The notes beneath the pieces were generated by a model. The model was not told the DNA's origin, did not search any database, and was given only the letters and a program-made list of their open reading frames with translations. 64,000 nucleotides of DNA from Octopus sinensis (taxonomy: Eukaryota), in assembly GCF_006345805.1 (NCBI RefSeq), contig NC_043018.1:10478001-10542000 (forward strand), given 5' to 3'. Numbering within the stretch: the stretch's first letter is position 1; each line of letters begins with the position of its first letter. Of the stretch, positions 37,440-50,060 are shown one piece after another. The position numbers and the translations under genes were made by a program.

Positions 37440-38120
37440 CTACCACCACCACCACCACCACCACCACCCACCACCACCCACCACCACCACCACCACCACC
37501 ACCAACCCCCACCACCACCACCACCCACCACTACCAACACCACCACCACCACCAACCACCACCACCACCACCACCATCACCACCACCACCACTACCAACA
37601 CCACCACCACCACCACCACCACCACCATCACCACCACCACCACCACCACCACCACCCACCACCACCACCACCACCACCACCAACACCACCACCAACACCA
37701 CTACCACCACCACCACCACCACCACTACCATCACCACCACCAACCACTACCAACACCACCACCAACACCACCAACCCCCACCACCACCACCACCACCACC
37801 ACCACCACCAAAACCACCACCACCACTACCACCACCACCACCAACCACCACCACCACCACCACCACCACCACCAACCACCACCACCACCAACCACACCAC
37901 CACCACTACCACTACCAACACCACCACCAACACCACTACTACCACCACCACCATCACCACCACCACCACCACCCACCACCACCACCAACACCACCACACC
38001 ACCACACCACCACCACCCCCACCCCACCACCACACCACCACCACCACCACCACCACCACCACCCACCACCACCACCACACCACCACTACCACCACCACCA
38101 CCACCACCACTACCAACATC
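37440..38120. repeat. ~680-bp imperfect (CAC)n array
   Basis: Read directly; source of the poly-His/Pro/Thr pseudo-ORFs. Confidence 0.97.
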
Positions 38121-38962
38121 AACAGTACCGCTGTCAACAGAATTGGTATTTAGTTTCCTTTCTCCCTGTTGACTCAGTATTAATTAAACACATCCTGGCA
38201 CCGTCCCAGACTTTGGTGCCATTTTATTGGCTGTTTGCTTCGAGAGAATTGTATTGCCATAAGGAAATTTGAATAGAGGAGTGGAAGAACGATAAGAGAT
38301 ATTGGCCTATTTCTTAGCATCTAAACCTCACCCTAACCCTTACACCAACCCATACACCTACCCCCATATTTACTTCCATCATAGATGAAGTAGCGAGGGG
38401 GCGGTGTGTTTGTTGATTATGATTTTGGCTTCTTTTTATGGAACAAAAAAACAGACATCCATCATAACAACATGTGATCATAACAAACGTGATTGGAAGC
38501 ATGGTGCTCCAGCATGGCCACAGTCATTGGACTGAAACACATAAAAGAATAAAACAAAAAAAGAATATATATCTGAAAGAAGCCTGTCGCATATATGTAT
38601 ATATTTATGTTTGTGTTTGTCCCCCTAGCATTGCTTGACAACCGATGCTGGTGTGTTTACGTCCCCGTCACTTAGCGGTTCGGCAAAAAGAGACCGATAG
38701 AATAAGTACTGGGCTTACAAAAAGATTTGCTCGACTAAAGGCGGTGCTCCAGCATGGCCGCAGTCAAATGACTGAAACAAGTACAAAAAAAAAATATATA
38801 TATATATGCTAGATGTGGCTGTGGTAAGTAGCTTGCTTACCAAACACATGGTTCCGGGTTCAGTCCCATGGAGTGGAACCTTGGGCAAGTGTCTTCTACT
38901 GTAACCTCGGGTTGACCAAAGCTTTGTGAGTGGATTTGGTAGATGGAAACTGAAAGAAGCCA

Positions 38963-39190
38963 AGCTGGCAGAAACGTTAGCACGCCAGGTGAAATGCTTA
39001 GCGGTATTTCATCTGTCGTTACATTCTGAGTTCAAATTCTGCTGAGGTCGACTTTGCATTTCATCCTTCCGGGGTTGATAAATTAAGAACCAGTTATGCA
39101 CTGGGGTCGATGTAATCAACTTAATCCTTTTGTCTGTCCTTGTTTGTCCCCTCTATGTTTAGCCCCTTGTGGGCAATAAAGAAATAAGAA
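38963..39190 (+). mobile_element. family B SINE inserted into a family A SINE
   Basis: Family A sequence gaaactgaaagaagcc precedes it (38945-38961) and recurs after it (about 39188-39203). Confidence 0.75.
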
Positions 39191-39207
39191 ACTGAAAGAA
39201 GCCCATC

Positions 39208-39270
<63 letters not shown>

Positions 39271-39895
39271 ATTATATATATATATATACTGTAAAAACTT
39301 GTGTAATTTACACAAGTGATTTTCAGGATAAAATTTGTTAAAAAGGGCTTTTTCATATAAAATTTGCACTCAAAAGTTTTCAGAATTGCCAATGTAGCCA
39401 GGAAAAAATGGTTTTCGATTTAGTTGAATTTAGCATAATTTCACTTACTTATGATTAGATTTTATTAAATTTTCATTAAATAAAAATAATTTCTGTTTAA
39501 CAGGTATCGCATTGAAAGCTACTAAATTACAAAGTGTTTGTGTTGTTTAGAATTAACTTTATTTTACATTTCTTGCCCACAAGAGATTATGTCCGATCTT
39601 TAGCATACTGCTGTAAGTATTCTCAAATTACGATCACAGGAAAAGTTGTTGACAAGATTTACCAACAAAACAAAGCTGATAAATACGCACAGCTGTTGCA
39701 AATTAAGTTTAATTACCAATAAACATCAGCTTGGATGACACTTTACTCAACCGACAGAGGAAGGTGACTGAACAAACTGATTATATAAACAGAATTCTTT
39801 TCCAGCTATTCTTTCAGGAACTTTTGTTACAGAGTATATATGTATATATTAAAGTATATTTATTAATTAATTTATTTATTATTCTAGTTTATTTT

Positions 39896-39999
39896 TAACC
39901 TGATGAGTGGCTATATTTATATCGAAGTGATTTTACTACTACTATTAATTTTTTTACTATAATCATTTCTTAAATATAGCCACGAAACACATGTCGTTA
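39896..39999 (+). ncRNA. type I hammerhead ribozyme with extended stem II
   Basis: TAAC CTGATGA GTGGCTATATTTA [51 nt] TAAATATAGCCAC GAAAC acat GTC GTTA: all core nucleotides canonical, 13-bp stem II, 4-bp stem I. Confidence 0.8.
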
Positions 40000-40259
40000 T
40001 TCTACCAATTATATACTTTTTAATTATTTTTTTGCTATTTACTTAATCATTGGTATTTTATTGTTATTTTAATTCTAATATTTTTATTATATGTGATTTT
40101 CTAGATGGTGTAATTTAATTGTTCATTTTAAATTGATAAAAGGTGTTTTTTTTCTAATTTTTTATATTTATATATATATCATATTGTGTGAAATTTGATT
40201 TAGTATTTCTAGATTGATTTTTTTCCCTGTAAGTCTGGATTAATATTCCCTCAAATAAT

Positions 40260-40302
<43 letters not shown>

Positions 40303-41056
40303 CATATATATACATATATATATATACATATATATACATATATATATACATATATATACATATATATGTATGTATGTATGTATATACGTGTGTGTGTGTA
40401 TATATATGTATGTGTGTATATATATATAGGGAGAGTTATACATATAAATTTGACATGGGTGATTCTTTCTTGTCTTGGGATTCACGGACAAATGGCTGGG
40501 TGGAATTGCATAAAAAATTACACAGATGTGTAGAATGATCTGGTGGTGGTGGTGGTGCTGGGCTTTGTATTTTTCTCATAGCTCCCATGGTTACCGAGAT
40601 AATCCACTATAATAATACTTTTGTGTTTATGAATGAGAAAGGAAGGGATGATAGATGAATAATGAAGAAAGGGGTGATGTCATACTTTTGATAGTGGGAT
40701 GATGAAAATTGTACACTGAAAAAATAAATCAAACAGCGTTTCAACTCTGTGTGAATATATGTGTGTGTATGTAAAAGGAAGGTATGTGAATGTGTGTGTG
40801 TGTGTGCGTGTGTGTGCACAACAGAAGTGGGATGGTTCATCATTGCTCGCTTAGTATTTGGGTTTATTTTTTGATTTGGTTGAATCTTGTTTGTTTTGTT
40901 TCTATTTTTGTTGGTCAGTTATTTTTAGCATTTTGACAGGAAAAAGTCATTCTAAAATTGTTCTTTAACGTAAGCATGCCCAAACAAGTCGAATGCTTCC
41001 ACAGAACAGGTTTTACAGCTACATCATCCAAACTGACATAGGGGCTTAGGTACTAG

Positions 41057-41094
<38 letters not shown>

Positions 41095-41122
41095 ATATAT
41101 ATATACACTCCATTCCCTGATT

Positions 41123-41820
41123 TTGTATTTTTATTCACATACAAAAAGACTGGATTTAGTCCTATGGAACAGAGACTGGAGTATAGGAATTTTACTAGAA
41201 CTGACAGTACCTTGGGAAGAGAACATCAGCAATGCAGAGGAACAAAAGGAGAAGAGGTACGAAAAGCTAATCGAAGAATGCAGAGAACAGGGATGGAATG
41301 TCGAATATTATCACCTGGCATTGGGGGCTAGAGCCTTCATTGAAAGGAAAATGACAACACTTTTCAAAAGAAGATTTGTTTTTTCGAGATTGAGCTGTGT
41401 AAACTAATAAGGAGAGTACAGGAGGCAGTCGAAAAAGCCAGCTTCTATATATGGCTGAAGCGGGAAGACCGAAAATGGCTTGAAAGTCATAACATGCTGG
41501 TGAGAAATAACATCACTAGGTGAGACAAGCTGACTGAATCAGCTTCGCTGACTGACAGGTGACGGTCGTTTAGAGAATGTGCGGTCTAAAACTACGTGCC
41601 TTCACTAGTCAGTTAAGGTGAGAGAGTGTCACGTGACAACTTGCTGGGGCTGCCTGCTGGAGCCTAGTGACAGGTATTTACAGGGAAAAATTTGACAAGT
41701 CAGTCAGTCACTGGCTGACACTTGCTGACGATTCATCGAAGAGGCCAGGGAACAGAAGAAAGAAAACATGCACCCAACACCAGAGCTGAAGACACCTCCG
41801 AAAGGGGGGGCATCCTTCTA
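41123..41820 (+). pseudogene. 3' end of a HERO/NeSL-like non-LTR retrotransposon (restriction-like endonuclease + 3' UTR)
   Basis: KRLDLVLW..ILLELTVPWEE..KEKRYEKL..CREQGW..LGARAF; clade assigned from memory. Confidence 0.75.
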
Positions 41821-41921
41821 AACCCCTATTGTTCCTGAAAATAACTTTTTATACCTTCTACAGACTGCTTGAAGCTTACTAACTTCCTACACCTTGATCC
41901 TTGAGTCTTACCTTTACACAC

Positions 41922-41954
<33 letters not shown>

Positions 41955-42176
41955 TGTATGTATGTGTGTGTGTATGAGCAGGTGTAGGCATGGGTATATG
42001 GTAAGAAGCTTGTTTCCCAACCATGTGGTCTTGGGTTTAGCCCCACTGTGTGGCACCTTGAATATGCAGTACCCAGTTACAGCCTCAGGCTGCCCAAAGC
42101 CTTGTGTATGGATTAGGTACACAGAAACTGAAAAAAGATGCTTGTGTGTGTGTGTATACATACATACATACATACA

Positions 42177-42224
<48 letters not shown>

Positions 42225-42423
42225 ATACAAATAAGAAAATGGAGAAACAAATTTAGTATGTTCATCAACTTTCGGATATTATAATGTTGGATTATTTATT
42301 CATTTAACAAAATGAGAACATCAATAGCATACATATATATCTTATAATTCAATACATATAAGATATAAGATAAGAATACAAATTATAAAAGTCATAATAT
42401 ACATTAATGAAATTGTTACTATC

Positions 42424-42557
42424 ACTTCTTACAGCTGTTTCAGCCTATGGCTAAAAGTAGATAATTTTATTTTCATTGCCTATAGGTGTCAACATACTGA
42501 GATTGTAGGCATTTAAATATAGGGTACTTATATATAACCATAAGCCTCATCAGAGGT
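42424..42557 (-). ncRNA. hammerhead ribozyme motif with ~90-nt insert in stem II
   Basis: Minus: acct CTGATGA GGCTTATGG...CCATAGGCT GAAAC AGCT GTA agaagt; palindromic stem III ACAGCTGT; weak stem I. Confidence 0.6.
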
Positions 42558-42809
42558 TATAAGGAACTTTAAAAATATATCAACAGTATATTGATAAATG
42601 CTATCCCATAGTGGGTTACACCCATAACCCCTATCTTACTTTGTACACCCATAACCCCTATTTTACCTTTGCCCATATAATACAGTAAATGAATTGATTG
42701 CATCGCAATCATTAACATTTATGTATTAACTTTGTTGGGTACTTCACTAGCAGTATATTGGATATATGTTATCCCATGGAGGGTTGCATTTACAACCCCT
42801 ATCTCAATT

Positions 42810-42842
<33 letters not shown>

Positions 42843-43489
42843 TCGTTTAACGTCTGCTTTCCATGCTAGCATGGGTTCGATGGTTCAACTGGGGTCTGGG
42901 AAGTCAGGAGGCTGCACCAGGCCCAGTCTGATCTGGTAGTGTTTCTACAGCTGGATGCCCTTCCTAATGCCAACCACTCCATGAGTGTAGTGGGTGCTTT
43001 TTTCGGGCTACTGGCACAGGTGCCAGGCGTGGCTGGCAATGACTACAATTGGCTGGTGCTTTTTACGTGCCACCGGCATGGAGGCCAGTCGGGGTGGTGC
43101 TGGCAACAGCTCTGCAACTGCCACGATCAGATGGTGTTTTTTATGTGTCACTGGCATATATATATATATAATTATGTGGTAATCTGTCAGCATGTAAAAA
43201 TGCATTTAATCAGCTAAGAGAGTAAAGATAATGTGATATTTATAGACCATGTTAAATACAACTACTCAGGATTTCCTGGTCAAGATAATAATTTATTTCA
43301 CCATTTATTAAGCTGAGAACTGTTTGTCAGATGTAGTTTAATCAGATAATGTTTAAACAAGAGATTCTGGTAAAAAGACAGAAGGGAGATAACCAACGTA
43401 ACAATGATTCGATGTGAAGCAGAAGTAATGGTTTACTAAGTGTCTGGTGGTCTACTTTTAAATTCTGACAAGATGTATTTCTTGAAATA

Positions 43490-43860
43490 CAGACATACAG
43501 AAAAATCTAATTCCTGGAATTTATAGAGATGCAGTTTTTCAAGAGAACATGCTAAACATTTTTTGGACCTGTTAATATTGGGTCTGGTTTTGGAGAGGAT
43601 TTTCCATCTATCCTTGAAACTGGTCCCTTCATCTTTAAGTTTCCAGATTTAAATCAAAAGGGTTGTTGAATGTCTTTTATCATGGTACCTAAAATTCAGA
43701 AGGTGGTTGGTTGGTTGTTATATCTGGATTTAAATTTTCCCTCCACAACTCCAATATAATGTTTGATTTCTGTACGGCTATTGTTGTAGTTTGTTGAAAC
43801 CTGTGCTTCATAAACAACAGAAGATGAATAACACTTCTGTCACAGAGAACATTTTGATTT
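43490..43860 (-). pseudogene. decayed Penelope-like GIY-YIG endonuclease fragment
   Basis: Broken frames translate SVIH...EIKHYIGVVEGKFKSRYNN...HSTTLL.*IWKLKDEG..RWKILSKTRP...CLACSLEK. Confidence 0.75.
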
Positions 43861-44392
43861 GTCTCTATGTGTACCTCCAGGACAGGCTTGAGTCATCCAT
43901 TGCTTATTGATAAGCGATTTAACATTAGAGGGACGAGAAAAGGTAATTTCTATTGTGTGTCTATTAAGGATTTGTTGTATCTATGGGTTCTTATTTCTTT
44001 ACTGCCCACAGAGGGGACAAACAAAGACAGATTAAGTCGATTATATCGACCCCAGTGTGTAACTGGTACTTATTTAATCGACCCCAAAAGGATGAAAGGT
44101 AAAGTCGACCTCGGCAGAATTTGAACTCAAAACGTAGCGGCAGACAAAATACCACTAAGCATTTTGCCTGGCATGCTAACGATTCTGCCAGCTTGCCGCC
44201 TTTGTATCTATGGGTTCTAGGGAAGTGGCTATCTACTAAGTGCAAGAATCTTTTACTTACATTTGTCCTAACATTAAGGGGAAAAGTGGCACAAACCATA
44301 AAACTTTCCAGGACCTATTCTTACAACTAGAGGATAGAGGTGGGGGTGGGGTTCATAAAATATTTTATCAGTAAAACCACTATCCTCTAGGG

Positions 44393-44593
44393 CAGTGGTT
44401 TTCAACCAGGATTCCGCCAGTATAGTCCAGGGGTTCCGCAAGAAGTTACAAAACTGCTAAAATTGGCAGTAATTTTTAATTCTCCTGTGCAGATATGTGT
44501 GCATAAGACTATTAAATTATTGCACAGGGGTTCCCCGAGCCAGTGGAATGTTTCCTTGGGGTTCTGCTCCAGCAAAAAGTTTGAAAAGCACTG
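44393..44593. mobile_element. 201-bp hAT-type MITE with perfect 8-bp TSD
   Basis: CTCTAGGG|CAGTGGTTTTCAA ... TTGAAAAGCACTG|CTCTAGGG. Confidence 0.92.
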
Positions 44594-45169
44594 CTCTAGG
44601 GTATTGCTATATTATGGGGAAGCCTTTGTGAATATTTCTTTAGAAGATGAAAGATGTGATCCTACAGCTAATGTTTGGAAATAAGTTTTTAAATACAATA
44701 GTTGGGTGACAGGCATGTTTATTAATATATCCATCTATAATGTGTGCAAGTGCGTGTGTGTGTGTGTGTGTGTGTGTGAGTGTGTTTGTGTTTGTTCCCT
44801 GCCACTACTTGACAACCGGTGTTAGTTTGTTTACATCCCTGTAAGTTAGCAATCTGGCAAAAGAGATCAGTAGAATAGGTCCTGGAGAAGGCTTAAAAAA
44901 AATAAGTGCCACCAGCAGTTTGGTTGCCTGAAATTCTTCAAGGCAGTGCCCCAGCATGGCCACAGTCTAATATATATTATTTATTTATCCACCTAATTGC
45001 CTCCATACATGCTCAACTTGATCTCTTTTGTAGCCTTTTTTTACCTTGTGGAATGATTCCCAGTGAAGACATTGGCACTGTTAAGTGTCTTCTGTACAGA
45101 GAATATCTGAATCGCATCTGTGAACTATACACACACACACAAACACACACACACACACATACACATGTG

Positions 45170-45815
45170 TGTCATCATCATCATCATCATCATCATCGTT
45201 TAACATCCGTTCTCCATGCTAGCATGATTGGACGGTTCGACCGGGGATCTGGGAAGCCAGAAGGCTGCACCAGGCTCCAGTCTTATCTGGCAATGTTTCT
45301 ACAGCTGGATGCCCTTCCGAACAGTCAAAATCAAAATCAAACCAAATCAAATCAGATATCAGAAAGCAGAACCAAAATTGAGGTCGATCAACATCAGTGG
45401 AAATTGCAGCTGTTCGTGTCCGTTGCCAGCCTCGCCTGGCCCCCGTGCTGGTGGCACGTAAAAGAACCATCCGCTCGTATCCGTTACCAGCTACGCCTGG
45501 CCCCCGTGCCGGTGGCACGTAAAAGCACCATCCGTTCGTGTCCATTGCAAGCCTCGCCTGGTCCCCGTGCCGGTGGCACGTAAAAGCACCATCCGTTCGT
45601 GGCCGTTTGCTAGCTCTGTCTGGCACCTGTGCGGGTGGCACGTAAAAAGCACTCACTATACTCACGGAGTGGTTGGTGTTAGGAAGGGCATCCAGCCGTA
45701 GAAACACTGCCAGATCTGATGAAGCCTTCCGGCTTCACAGACCCCAGTTGAACCGTCCAACCCATGCTAGCATGGAAAACGGACGCTAAATGATGATGAT
45801 GATGATGATGATGAT
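45170..45815. mobile_element. two oppositely oriented family C LINE tails
   Basis: Minus copy 45170-45320 and plus copy 45330-45815 with ~47/62-bp internal units. Confidence 0.8.
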
Positions 45816-45937
45816 ATATATATATATAAATATATATATATATAAAGGAAAAGTTTAGGAAAATAAACAAAAGACGAAGACAGGTGGTGTACAAAACAAA
45901 CAGATGTATTAGTGTAATGCTCAGGAATAGAAAAAGT

Positions 45938-45973
45938 CTTTTACGTTTCGAGCCTACGCTCTTCTACAGAAAG
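45938..45973 (-). ncRNA. minimal hammerhead-like motif (variant core)
   Basis: Minus: CTTT CTGTAGA A GAGC gtag GCTC GAAAC GTA AAAG; stems I and II perfect, A6 replaced by U. Confidence 0.5.
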
Positions 45974-46568
45974 GTACACAGAAAAACAAGGAGAGAAACA
46001 AGGAGAGAAAAAAGGAGAGAAAAAAAGGAGAGAAAAAACGTGTGTAGTGGCTAACGATCTATCATAGCATCTGTCGTGTGTGTGTGTGTGTGTGTGCATA
46101 TATCCTTTTATTCTTTTATTCATTTCAGTCATTTGACTGCGGCCATGCTGGAGCACCACCTTTGGTCAAACACATCAACCCCAGGACTTATTCTTTGTAA
46201 GCCTAGTACTTATTCTATCGGTCAGTTTTGCCAAACTGCAAAGTTACAGGAATGTAGCCACACCAACATCAGTTGTCTATCGATGGTGAGGGGACAAACA
46301 CAGACACACAAGGAAGAGCATCCAGCTGTAGAAGCCATTCCAAATCAGACTGGAGTCTGGTGCAACTCCCCAGCTTGCCAACTCTGGTCAAATCGTCCAA
46401 ACCATGCCAGCATGGACAGCAGAAGTTAAATGATGATGATGATGATGATGTGAAGCCTGGTACTTATTCTACTGGTCTCTTTTTTACAAACTGTTAAGTT
46501 ACTGGGATGTAAACACACCAACACCAGTTGTCAAGCAATAAAGATGAACAGACACTTACACAAACACA

Positions 46569-46599
<31 letters not shown>

Positions 46600-46601
46600 C
46601 A

Positions 46602-46636
<35 letters not shown>

Positions 46637-47262
46637 CAGACTTCTTTCAGTTTCCGTCAACCAAATCCACTCACAAGATTTTGGTCAGCCCGAGGCTATA
46701 GTAGAAGACACTTGCCCAAGGTGCCACGCAGTGGGACTGAACCTGAAACCATGTGGTTAGGAACCAAGTTTCTTACGACACAACTATGCCTGTGCTGATG
46801 CTGCATTAAAAGCATTCAGTACAATCTATGGAGTGGTTGGCATTAGGAAGGGCATCCAGCCATAGAAACCATGCCCAAGCAGAGAATGAAGCCTGGTGCG
46901 GCTCCTCGCCTTACCAGCTCTAGTCAAACTGTCCAACCCATGCCAGCATAGAAAATGAACATTAAATGATGATGATAATGATGATGATATATATATATAT
47001 ATATATATATACACATGTGTGTGTGTGTGTGTGTGTGTGTCTGTCTGTCTGTGTTTGTCTCTCCACATTGCATGACAACCGATGTTGGTATGTTTACATC
47101 CCTGTAACTTAGTGATACAGCAGAAGAGACTGATAGAATAAGTACTAGAACAAGCCCTGGGGTCAATTTGTTCAACTAAAGGCAGTGCTCCAGCACAGCC
47201 ACGGTCAAATGAATGAAACAAGTAAAAGAATAAAAGAATAAAAGTATATATATACATCTATA

Positions 47263-47308
<46 letters not shown>

Positions 47309-47790
47309 TACATACACATATGTTACAAAGTCAGAAAACAGCACAGCTCCCATGACTTTTGGAAACATTTTTTTCACTCTGAGAGTTGCTGAAGTATGGA
47401 ACAAACTGCCGGCATCAGTTGTTAGTTGTCAGAACACTGCATCCTTCAAAACTTCCATGCTTCCTGAGATTCACCAACACTACACCTGATTTTCTCCCCT
47501 CAATACACATGCAAGCATGTATCTGACTCATACACTGTTCGCTTTCCAGACATTTGTACATTACTGCATACACTTTATACGCACTTTCTGACAAGTTGTG
47601 GTGCACCTGAGCACTGAATACAATAATTTCATTATTATTATATTTATGCCCACGTGTGTGTGTGTGTGTGTGATGGCTCTGTGGTTAGAAGCTTACTTCC
47701 TAATCACATGGTTTCTGGTCTAATGACTGAAACAAGTAAAAGATAAAAGATAAAGAATATAATATATATGCCTGTGTGTGTGTATAAATA

Positions 47791-47847
<57 letters not shown>

Positions 47848-47855
47848 GTATATAT

Positions 47856-47898
<43 letters not shown>

Positions 47899-48171
47899 GG
47901 TAAACAGTAAAAATAATTACAGACATGGACAAGAACATGAAACACCACAGAGACGACACAAGAACCACAGGACGGGACATTCGAAGCCCTCAGTCATCAG
48001 TCAAGAACCAGATCATCTTAGCAATTTCGGCTGATTAATCTTGAGATTGCTCCGATATGGCCAGCCCGCCAAGGGAAATCTAAGCCAAGCGCATTAGATC
48101 CCCTGGAAGAAAGCTTCGAATGTATACAACGCGAGGACGGAAAACGAACGAAGTACATAAACAAAAATATA

Positions 48172-48207
<36 letters not shown>

Positions 48208-48654
48208 TGTATGTATGTATGTTCATATACATTGCTGAGCAAGCCACTTCATTTCATAATATTCCTGTTCACTCAGCTAAAATCTCAGCCAATCAGATGC
48301 TGGTACATTCCCATCTCCGGTCTCGTTGTTTCATGCAGGATGTCTAACGGGTCAAGAATGGGGAGTGCCGGGAGGTAGCATGGTGTCTATATCATGTCTT
48401 GACCTAAAACTCTAAACAAGTTCATGGTTCTTGTTACACTTGCATCTGAAGGAAAGCTGTTCTGTACAAACACACATACATACATACATATGCATTTACA
48501 TGCATACATACATTCATATATGCATACACTCACATGCACACATACATATATACTGGGTCTTGCAGATGAATTGAGACCAATTTTAAGCATTTAGTGGGTT
48601 TAACATTTCATTTTTTGACAAAATCTTGCTTGTTTGAAAATCTAATCCTCCTCG

Positions 48655-49055
48655 TTAAAAAGCACCAATGCCAGCGCCACCTCGACTGGTTAAAATGCAC
48701 CAATCCGATCGTGGCCGTTGCCAGCCTCGCCTGGCACCTATGCCGGTAGCATGTAAAAAGCACCATCCGATCGTGGCCGTTGCCAGCCTCGCCTGGCACC
48801 TATGCCGGTAGCATGTAAAAAGCACCAATCCAATCGTGGCCGTTGCCAGCCTCGCCTGGCACCTATGCCGGTAGCATGTAAAAAGCACCCGCTACACTCA
48901 TGGAGTGGTTGGCATTAGGAAGGGCATCCAGCTGTAGAAACACTGCCAGATCAGACTGGAGCCTGGTGCAGCCTTCTGGCTTCCCAGATCCCTGGTCAAA
49001 CCGTCCAACCCATGCTAGCATGGAGAACAGACATTAAACGATGATGATGATGAAT
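48655..49055 (+). mobile_element. family C LINE tail with three ~62-bp internal units
   Basis: atccgatcgtggccgttgccagcctcgcctggcacctatgccggtagcatgtaaaaagcacc x3, then the tail. Confidence 0.88.
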
Positions 49056-49149
49056 AAACTGATTCAACAGCAGAAAGTCATGGAACAACAGAACTGTTCT
49101 GCCATTGTTGTTTTGGCATGTGCTGGGCACACTGCCAATAAAACTGATA

Positions 49150-50060
49150 GATTGACAAAACTTCCAAAACCAAGAATTTATCATGTGTATAAACAATTTA
49201 TGGAAGTAAAGATTGATAGAAAAGAATACAAGACTCAAAGTGATTCGAAGTGCAATCCAAAGTTTCTCACTGGCCTCAAATGCTCGACTGAAGCCAAGCT
49301 ATCCACATTCATCGCAAGACTTGCAAAGAAACACAATGTATCCCTTTCCACGGTATCCAGAGCTGTGAGCAGGAACCTTGGCATGACTAGCTATGTTTGA
49401 CAACACCATCACTTCCTAACAGCCAAGGCCAAAGCAATCAGAGCCGGGAGACACCTAAAGCTTCTGTCATTCATCAAGCATCAAGATGCAGGAAAAACTC
49501 TCACTTTTGGGGACGAGAATTTCACTGGGGACGCTGAGGCAAACTGCAGAAATTCTTGAGTGATTGCATGCAACCCTTCTGATGTCCCCACTGTGTTTGA
49601 GACTAAGAATCCTGCCTGTGATGGTATTTGGAACCATAGCAAGTGATGGAAGTATCATGGATCCATATTTCATTGAGTCTGGCTTGAAGATCAACACAAA
49701 GGAGTATCTGGTCATCCTGAAGAACATGGTTACCTTGGTGGAGCAGAAGTTTGGTCTTGATAATGTGGTGCCTATCTAGGATTCTGCATCCTGCCATAGG
49801 TCAAAAGCAACACAAGCCTTCCAAGGGTCAACATTTGGCCCAGTAATAGCCCAGATCTCAACCTTCTTGATTACTTTTTATGGGGAGTACCTCAAGCAAG
49901 GACCAATGCTTCACCACTCCCAAGTGTCAACAGCTTCAAGACCTGCATCATGCATGTGGCATGATGTAGGTTAAAAAGGCAGAGGTTGCAGCAGCTGCAA
50001 AAAACAGTTTGTTCTTAATTGGAGGCAGTAATTGCCCAAAGGGGCAGCCATATTGAGTCA
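49150..50060 (+). pseudogene. degraded Tc1/mariner (maT-like) transposase
   Basis: Broken frames: LAKKHNVSLSTVSRAV; FGDE; VMVFGTIASDG; *DSASCH; WPSNSPDLNLLDY; no TIRs recognised. Confidence 0.75.

Noticed and set aside
36984-38172. 389-aa and 313-aa His/Pro/Thr-rich ORFs
   Set aside because: Translations of (TA)n, (GTT)n and (CAC)n repeats, open in multiple frames
47965-48005. CTGATGA..cttcGAATGTC on minus strand (related CTGAGGA near 58770)
   Set aside because: GAAU instead of GAAA and no stem I; at most a remote relic
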